Source of the DNA: Nemertoderma westbladi | Taxonomy: Eukaryota > Animalia > Xenacoelomorpha | Length of the DNA stretch: 34,752 nt | Reading direction: 5' to 3' | NCBI GenBank assembly: GCA_032718475.1 | Contig: JAUCBJ010005200.1 | Span: 1-34,752 of the forward strand | In this document: one piece after another, positions 28,314-34,752 of the stretch | Layout: the number at the start of each line of letters is the position of its first letter | How positions within the stretch are numbered: position 1 is the stretch's first letter | Program-made: the position numbers and the translations under genes | The notes under the pieces: generated by a model | Seen by the model: the letters and a program-made list of their open reading frames with translations, nothing else | Told to the model about the DNA's origin: nothing | The model's database searches: none

Positions 28314-28356
28314 ACCACGCTGATGAGACCCAGTAAGGTCGAAACGCGTACGTGGT
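28314..28356 (+). ncRNA. Minimal type I hammerhead ribozyme, copy 1 (predicted cleavage after A28350, GUA triplet)
   Basis: Stem I ACCACG/CGTGGT; core CTGATGA 28320-28326; stem II GACC-cagtaa-GGTC; GAAA 28341-28344; stem III reduced to palindrome ACGCGT 28344-28349; cleavage base A28350. Confidence 0.93.
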
Positions 28357-28661
28357 TTGGAGGGATATGAGATATTAATTTCAAGAAAAATTACGCGATT
28401 CCTAAATTTGTACACTACCCGGTTAAAAAGTACGCATTTGATGGGATTAGTCCTACAATTGCGCCAATAAAAGATAAGTTATTTTCGGTAAAATAAACTT
28501 ATCATTCGAGGTTAAGACCCCTAGATCCCTTCCTATAATAAATGTATAATAACAAACACCTCGAAAAATACAGCTTGCCAACACATTGTTACTACCAATA
28601 ATCAAAAATCAGGGGCTAATAAAATGGCAGCTGGCTTTGAAATTAATACGCCATATCTCAA

Positions 28662-28724
28662 GAACCTGTGGCCTAGTGGTTGTAGTCTCGGCTTCCACCT
28701 CGAGGTCCCCGGTTCGAATCCGAC
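28662..28724 (+). promoter_or_regulatory. tRNA-derived Pol III head, copy 2
   Basis: Identical to 28251-28313, shifted by 411. Confidence 0.88.
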
Positions 28725-28767
28725 ACCACGCTGATGAGACCCAGTAAGGTCGAAACGCGTACGTGGT
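28725..28767 (+). ncRNA. Minimal type I hammerhead ribozyme, copy 2 (cleavage after 28761)
   Basis: ACCACG CTGATGA GACC CAGTAA GGTC GAAA CGCG TA CGTGGT. Confidence 0.93.
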
Positions 28768-29072
28768 TTGGAGGGATATGAGATATTAATTTCAAGAAAA
28801 ATTACGCGATTCCTAAATTTGTACACTACCCGGTTAAAAAGTACGCATTTGATGGGATTAGTCCTACAATTGCGCCAATAAAAGATAAGTTATTTTCGGT
28901 AAAATAAACTTATCATTCGAGGTTAAGACCCCTAGATCCCTTCCTATAATAAATGTATAATAACAAACACCTCGAAAAATACAGCTTGCCAACACATTGT
29001 TACTACCAATAATCAAAAATCAGGGGCTAATAAAATGGCAGCTGGCTTTGAAATTAATACGCCATATCTCAA

Positions 29073-29135
29073 GAACCTGTGGCCTAGTGGTTGTAGTCTC
29101 GGCTTCCACCTCGAGGTCCCCGGTTCGAATCCGAC
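29073..29135 (+). promoter_or_regulatory. tRNA-derived Pol III head, copy 3
   Basis: Identical A and B boxes, shifted by 822. Confidence 0.88.
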
Positions 29136-29178
29136 ACCACGCTGATGAGACCCAGTAAGGTCGAAACGCGTACGTGGT
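29136..29178 (+). ncRNA. Minimal type I hammerhead ribozyme, copy 3 (cleavage after 29172)
   Basis: Same sequence as copy 1. Confidence 0.93.
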
Positions 29179-29483
29179 TTGGAGGGATATGAGATATTAA
29201 TTTCAAGAAAAATTACGCGATTCCTAAATTTGTACACTACCCGGTTAAAAAGTACGCATTTGATGGGATTAGTCCTACAATTGCGCCAATAAAAGATAAG
29301 TTATTTTCGGTAAAATAAACTTATCATTCGAGGTTAAGACCCCTAGATCCCTTCCTATAATAAATGTATAATAACAAACACCTCGAAAAATACAGCTTGC
29401 CAACACATTGTTACTACCAATAATCAAAAATCAGGGGCTAATAAAATGGCAGCTGGCTTTGAAATTAATACGCCATATCTCAA

Positions 29484-29546
29484 GAACCTGTGGCCTTGTG
29501 GTTGTAGTCTCGGCTTCCACCTCGAGGTCCCCGGTTCGAATCCGAC
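29484..29546 (+). promoter_or_regulatory. tRNA-derived Pol III head, copy 4, with an A-box point mutation
   Basis: A box reads TGGCCTTGTGG (A>T at 29497); B box intact. Confidence 0.8.
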
Positions 29547-29589
29547 ACCACGCTGATGAGACCCAGTAAGGTCGAAACGCGTACGTGGT
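29547..29589 (+). ncRNA. Minimal type I hammerhead ribozyme, copy 4 (cleavage after 29583)
   Basis: Same sequence as copy 1. Confidence 0.93.
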
Positions 29590-29894
29590 TTGGAGGGATA
29601 TGAGATATTAATTTCAAGAAAAATTACGCGATTCCTAAATTTGTACACTACCCGGTTAAAAAGTACGCATTTGATGGGATTAGTCCTACAATTGCGCCAA
29701 TAAAAGATAAGTTATTTTCGGTAAAATAAACTTATCATTCGAGGTTAAGACCCCTAGATCCCTTCCTATAATAAATGTATAATAACAAACACCTCGAAAA
29801 ATACAGCTTGCCAACACATTGTTACTACCAATAATCAAAAATCAGGGGCTAATAAAATGGCAGCTGGCTTTGAAATTAATACGCCATATCTCAA

Positions 29895-29957
29895 GAACCT
29901 GTGGCCTAGTGGTTGTAGTCTCGGCTTCCACCTCGAGGTCCCCGGTTCGAATCCGAC
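29895..29957 (+). promoter_or_regulatory. tRNA-derived Pol III head, copy 5
   Basis: Identical A and B boxes, shifted by 1644. Confidence 0.88.
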
Positions 29958-30000
29958 ACCACGCTGATGAGACCCAGTAAGGTCGAAACGCGTACGTGGT
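29958..30000 (+). ncRNA. Minimal type I hammerhead ribozyme, copy 5 (cleavage after 29994)
   Basis: Same sequence as copy 1. Confidence 0.93.
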
Positions 30001-30244
30001 TTGGAGGGATATGAGATATTAATTTCAAGAAAAATTACGCGATTCCTAAATTTGTACACTACCCGGTTAAAAAGTACGCATTTGATGGGATTAGTCCTAC
30101 AATTGCGCCAATAAAAGATAAGTTATTTTCGGTAAAATAAACTTATCATTCGAGGTTAAGACCCCTAGATCCCTTCCTATAATAAATGTATAATAACAAA
30201 CACCTCGAAAAATACAGCTTGCCAACACATTGTTACTACCAATA

Positions 30245-30256
30245 ATGTTAAACAAT
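30245..30256. other. Right target-site duplication of the 411-bp-unit insertion (ATGTTAAACAAT)
   Basis: The unit sequence (...CCAATAAT, normally followed by CAAAAATC) stops at 30246 and runs into the 12-mer also found at 27869-27880, with a 2-nt overlap. Confidence 0.85.
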
Positions 30257-30787
30257 GGAATAATTCTGAGAGAGTTCTAATTTTCTATTTTAAGTAAGAA
30301 TTAAATTAATGCCTGGCAGCATGGAAACATGGCGAGGATTGGAGGATGTGATGATGTGAATGGAATGGACAGTTTCACTAAAGTATAATAGTGGGGATGA
30401 TGTAGTGGGGATGATTTATACGGAGTTTCTATTGCTGTGTACCTATCAGCTGCCCTTCAGAGAGGGGGAAATCTGTGGCAGGATGTTTGAAGTCCGGCTG
30501 ATGTTCCTATACTACATACAGTTATATAGGCAGGATGGGTATTCAATCCCATTATATTCAGCACGTGCGCATCTATCTGTAACAGTCAGGCTCAGGATTC
30601 ATTTCATACGGTACATTTTTATTTTCCTATCATTCTGTTCGCAATGAAACTAAATTAAAAGTATAAAAGTGACAAGGACGTGCGAATAATCTTCATTAAT
30701 TAATCCTGAGGGCGGCTCATATTTCAATATTTTTGGAGAGAGAGAGCCGAGCGGTGAGCGCCCAGACTGACTGAGTATAGGCGTATG

Positions 30788-30846
30788 AGGCGGGGGGGGG
30801 GGGGGCTGGGGGCTGGGGGCTGGGGGGTGGGGCTACAGCCCCCCAG
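30788..30846 (+). repeat. G-rich low-complexity tract (poly-G, (GGGGGCT)n) ending in hairpin GGGGCT-AC-AGCCCC; G-quadruplex-capable
   Basis: At least five runs of four or more G with 1-2 nt spacers. Possibly the end of a small non-autonomous element (unverified). Confidence 0.7.
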
Positions 30847-31031
30847 TGGCGAAAAATCAAAGAGGGGGGCGAAAATCAGAGTGGGGCGGGAATTCCAAGA
30901 AGGGAGAATTGGGCGATAAAATATAATCAAGGAAGAATGAGAGGGAGAGAGTGAAAAATAAAATCGAAATCCAAAGTAAAAACAACAATTCAACACAAAT
31001 TTATTTAATGAAATATGTTGCTACTATAGAA

Positions 31032-32751
31032 CTACTACTACTAGGATCGGCATGCTGCATTGCCGCTGCATTTTTAAGAATGCTGTGCCGGCTTGTCGAC
31101 AAAATTGCGCCGCCACAACTCCCTATCACCCATGACATTTGCTAGATCATCCGCATCTTCAAGGCCTTTAAGATGCGTCCCAAGAAAGTCATGGGCTGTC
31201 TACCATGCTTATTCACTCCATGAGGCTGCCAAAGTACAAGATTATGTACTGGCTGGTCCTCACGGCGAAAGCAATGTCCTGCAAAGCGGAGGCGATTTTG
31301 TTCTAGTGTCAAGCTTGGGGGAACCAATGAGACACCTCCAATGTTATATAGTGCCTGGATGGAGATGTGTGCATTGTACTTGACACAATGAACCCGGCGT
31401 AGCATTCTTGTGAATGTGCCATCCAGAGATTTGGTGTCCTCAGCAGTTAGAGCCCAGCATGGACTCCCATAGAGGAGTACTGGAACTACTGCTGCTCTAA
31501 ATAATCGGACCTTAAGTTTCCGAATAATTCTCGGTGACTTCCAAATCCTGGAAAGCCTATTCAAGGTTGCCCATGCCTTTCCCTTACGTATTCGAAGGTC
31601 CTCACCTGACTTCCGGATCCATGATCCCAGGTAACAGAAGTCGTCCACATGCTCAAGCATACCATCCTTTTAGCTTATGCTCATCCGATCAGAGACTTGC
31701 TGAGGACTTTCAAAGTTAACTGTCAAAATTTTGGTCTTTCTGGCGTTAATAAAAAGACCAACACTAGAAGCAGCATGTTCTAATTAACTGAGGAGCCGTT
31801 GGGTTTCCTCTAGTGATTCTGAGAGTACTCCTAAGTCTTCAGCAAAGTCTAGTTCAGTTAGGTACTTGGCAGGATTTCCTCGACTTCTGGAGCCAGTAGG
31901 TGGAGGACAATTATGAACAAGAATGGTGCAAGTGTGTCTCCATGGAGGACGCCCCATAACACTTCAAATGGTTCTGTGTCACCATCAACAGTAGACACAA
32001 ATGTTGTCGAACCATCGTATACTGATCTGATTGCTGCAATAATTTCATCAGGAATCCCATATAATGAAAGTATGCTGAACATACGTGAGCGGGAGACTGA
32101 ATCAAAGGCCTTGAAGAAGTCAACAAAGATAACAGCCAGATGCATGTCTTTCTTTTTTGATAACTCTTCAATTATCCTTCTAAGTGCCAAAATGGGCTCC
32201 ATGGTCCCACGACCTTTACGGAACCCATTCTGATTTCCACGGAGCAGTCTCTCAATGGGATCCCTGATGCGATTTAATATAATTCTATTGTATAGCTTTG
32301 CAGCAATCGAGATCAATGAGATTCCCCGAAAAGAACCATAGAGTGTTAGGTTGCCCTTCTTGGGAACTGGCACCAACTTATTTGTTTTAATTTCTTGTGG
32401 GACTCTTGTTGTTCGGTACATGTCTACTATGATAGGATTGAGCGATGAGATATGATGGGCTTTAAACACTCAGGTATTTTAAAGACCTCAGGGGGAACAC
32501 CATCTTCTCCACTGGCACGATTGGTCTTAATGCTCTTTGCAGCAACCTTCACTTCTGCAAAGGAGATATCGCCAATGGGAATATCTGGGAGTACAGACTC
32601 AGACACTTTTACTTCTATAAAGTTATCAGCAATACCCTGTCATTATTGAGGAGCTTTTCAAAGTGGGCCTTCCAACCATTGAGGCGATCGGCTGGTGATT
32701 CAGCCTTAACCTTGGTGGTTGGTTGGCTTTTCCGCCCAGTAAGAATATATA
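31032..32751 (-). mobile_element. 5'-truncated non-LTR retrotransposon (LINE, RTE-like), copy 2, with (TAG)4 tail and 10-bp TSD
   Basis: Tail (CTA)4 on + at 31032-31043; TACTATAGAA duplicated at 31022-31031 and 32752-32761; RT-coding fragments in between. Confidence 0.92.
31142..32745 (-). pseudogene. Fragmented ORF2 reverse transcriptase of LINE copy 2
   Basis: LVPVPKKGNL-FRGISLISIAAKLY-NQNGFRKGRGT-FVDFFKAFDSV-GVLHGDTLAPFLF (ORF 31858-32469); catalytic motif degraded to DFAED (31835-31849); VDDFCYLGSW, LLYGSPCWAL and RLRFAGHCFRR (ORF 31142-31660); several frameshifts and a deletion near 31903; no endonuclease domain retained. Confidence 0.9.
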
Positions 32752-33313
32752 TACTATAGAAACCAGAATCATAGTAGTCACTTACACGTACATTATATGA
32801 TAAATTACAAGCGAGAACAAGATAATATAAGTATCCTGGCAATATTTACAAAAAAACTTGAGAATTGGGCAATGATGCTGGCGCCTGGTTGCTTGCAGCC
32901 CATAAAACAGGCAGCAGCAGCATGATTAATGTTGTTTACCCAAACTGGAAGTAATTGCAGTATTTACTACTTTGAACACTTGCAGTATTGCATTAATACA
33001 GAACATACAATAACTGTAATAAGATTAATAAAAATAGTTCCTGATGTACCGGTGCGTACAAACGCAAACACAATTGTCTAAGATAACATATTTAGATTAA
33101 TATTTACTTACGTTACAGATATACATATAATTTACTTAAATTGTTAAACAATCACAGTAGGTATATACTACCGGTAGTTATTTTTTTCACAGTTATAATG
33201 TTAAACAATCGCAGTTTAATCTCCATGTACAGTTTACCAGTGCCGGATTAACTTTACCAGCGCAGTTTACCTATCGTATCGTTTATGTAACTGTTATGAT
33301 TCTATTATTATAT

Positions 33314-34453
33314 TGTTCGTGTTTCAGTGGATCCTTCGTGTCGCCTCCGGGTTCGTGTTTCAGTGGATCCTTCGTGTCGCCTCCGGTGTTCGTGTTTCAG
33401 TGGATCCTTCGTGTCGCCTCCGGTGTTCGTGTTTCAGTGGATCCTTCGGTCGCCTCCGGTTCGTGTTTCAGTGGATCCCTTGGGTCGCCTCCGGTGTTCG
33501 TGTTTCAGTGGATCCCTTGGGTCGCCTCCGGTGTTCGTGTTTCAGTGGATCCCTTCGGGTCGCCTCCGGTGTTCGTATTTCAGTGGATCCCTTGGGTCGC
33601 CTCTGGTGTTCGTGTTTCAGTGGATCCCTCGGTTCGCCTCCGGTGTTCGTGTTTCAGTGGATCCTTCGGGTCGCCTCCGGTGTTCGTGTTTCAGTGGATC
33701 CCTTGGGTCGCCTCCGGTGTTCGTGTTTCAGTGGATCCTTCGGGTCGCCTCTGGTGTTCGTGTTTCAGTGGATCCCTTCGGGTCGCCTCCGGTGTTCGTG
33801 TTTCAGTGGATCCCTTGGGTCGCCTCCGGTGTTCGTGTTTCAGTGGATCCTTCGGGTCGCCTCCTGGTGTTCGTGTTTCAGTGGATCCTTCGGGTCGCCT
33901 CCGGTGTTCGTGTTTCAGTGGATCCCTTGGGTCGCCTCCGGTGTTCGTGTTTCAGTGGATCCTTCGGGTCGCCTCCGGTGTTCGTGTTTCAGTGGATCCC
34001 TTGGGTCGCCTCCGGTGTTCGTGTTTCAGTGGATCCCTTCGGGTCGCCTCCGGTGTTCGTGTTTCAGTGGATCCTTCGGGTCGCCTCCGGTGTTCGTGTT
34101 TCAGTGGATCCCTTCGGGTCGCCTCCGGTGTTCGTGTTTCAGTGGATCCTTCGGGTCGCCTCTGGTGTTCGTGTTTCAGTGGATCCCTTGGGTCGCCTCC
34201 GGTGTTCGTGTTTCAGTGGATCCCTTGGGTCGCCTCCGGTGTTCGTGTTTCAGTGGATCCTTCGGGTCGCCTCCTGGTGTTCGTGTTTCAGTGGATCCCT
34301 TCGGGTCGCCTCCGGTGTTCGTGTTTCAGTGGATCCTTCGGGTCGCCTCCGGTGTTCGTGTTTCAGTGGATCCCTTCGGGTCGCCTCCGGTGTTCGTGTT
34401 TCAGTGGATCCCTTGGGTCGCCTCCGGTGTTCGTGTTTCAGTGGATCCTTCGT
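33314..34453. repeat. 37-bp GC-rich minisatellite, ~31 copies: GTTCGTGTTTCAGTGGATCC(TTCG/CTTG/CTTCG)GGTCGCCTCCGGT
   Basis: Period 37 (e.g. 33388 to 33425) with 35-38 bp variants; one GGATCC per unit; sharp borders with AT-rich flanks. Confidence 0.97.
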
Positions 34454-34752
34454 TAGTTAATTAGTTTTCTTATAGAGTTGTCAATATTTATGACTCCTAG
34501 CGGTGGTCATACAAACTAATGAATTGTGGTTGAGCTGTTAATGCAACTTTAATGAATGATATAGTAATAAGCTGTTCAGAAATGGAAAAAATGAGAAAAC
34601 GCGTCACCGGGGGTTGAACCAGTGCTATTCGTAAGTTTCGGTCTATCAGGCCTCTAATAGGTTTAGACACCACTATATCATTCTTTAAATTATAATAAAA
34701 TAAAAACTTCTGGGCTCTTTCCTCCGATTATATTATAATCAAGTTAATTAGG

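Larger units (their letters stand above)
27928..30246 (+). mobile_element. Tandem array (~5.6 copies) of a 411-bp tRNA-headed, hammerhead-containing retroelement (non-LTR retrozyme / SINE-like)
   Basis: Exact 411-bp period (GAAACGCGTA ends at 27939, 28350, 28761, 29172, 29583, 29994). Only two substitutions noticed by eye (G28155, T29497). Each full unit has Pol III A/B boxes and a hammerhead core; the array is flanked by a TSD. Confidence 0.92.

Noticed and set aside
28251-28325. Tandem functional tRNA genes (Gly-TCC-like)
   Set aside because: A/B boxes are present but the acceptor stem cannot form (GAACCTG has no 3' partner), and the anticodon and T stems are imperfect; the 3' part is a hammerhead.
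28191-30059. Five repeated 74-aa minus-strand ORFs (MYKFRNRV...)
   Set aside because: Antisense to the promoter/ribozyme, non-ATG start, no recognisable domain; repetition only reflects the 411-bp unit.
26254-32469. Retron, DGR or group II intron reverse transcriptase
   Set aside because: Motifs (PKKG, GFRKGR, DFFKAFDSV, YLGS, RLRFAGH), 5' truncation, tandem-repeat tail and TSD are those of eukaryotic non-LTR retrotransposons.
26223-32751. A single composite transposon with LINE-derived terminal inverted repeats carrying the retrozyme
   Set aside because: LINE copy 2 and the retrozyme array each have their own TSD, the LINE copies have different truncation points and divergence, and no outer TSD was seen.
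33749-34271. 410-411 bp super-period in the minisatellite equal to the retrozyme unit length
   Set aside because: Eleven units of 37-38 bp give this length by arithmetic; no sequence similarity to the retrozyme.
33296-34464. Three ~380-aa ORFs
   Set aside because: All three frames are open because the 37-bp unit lacks + strand stops; artefact.
34600-34680. Minus-strand B-box-like GGTTCAACCCC and hammerhead-like CTGATAGACCGAAAC
   Set aside because: No convincing A box or cloverleaf; the core does not match CUGANGA and there is no stem II.

Overview
Non-coding, repeat-dominated eukaryotic DNA, most likely from an invertebrate animal; no intact protein-coding gene is supported. 1-25082 is a satellite of a ~21-bp monomer (CACAACTTACTATCYCGTGCG) organised in a 104-bp five-monomer higher-order repeat with larger nested duplications, and all ORFs there are repeat artefacts. 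Two decayed copies of one non-LTR retrotransposon (RTE-like RT) face each other at ~26223-27372 (+) and 31032-32751 (-; (TAG)4 tail, 10-bp TSD). Between them lies the most interesting element: a 5.6-copy head-to-tail array of a nearly invariant 411-bp unit (27928-30246). Each unit carries a tRNA-derived Pol III promoter (A and B boxes) fused directly to a minimal type I hammerhead ribozyme with a palindromic, dimer-type stem III. A long stem pairs the two ends of the predicted self-cleaved monomer. The whole concatemer plus a 49-bp 5' inversion sits within one 12-bp target-site duplication (ATGTTAAACAAT). This fits a SINE-like non-LTR retrozyme inserted in a single retrotransposition event, possibly by rolling-circle reverse transcription of a circular RNA. 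A G-rich tract (~30788-30846) and a 37-bp minisatellite (33314-34453) complete the window.
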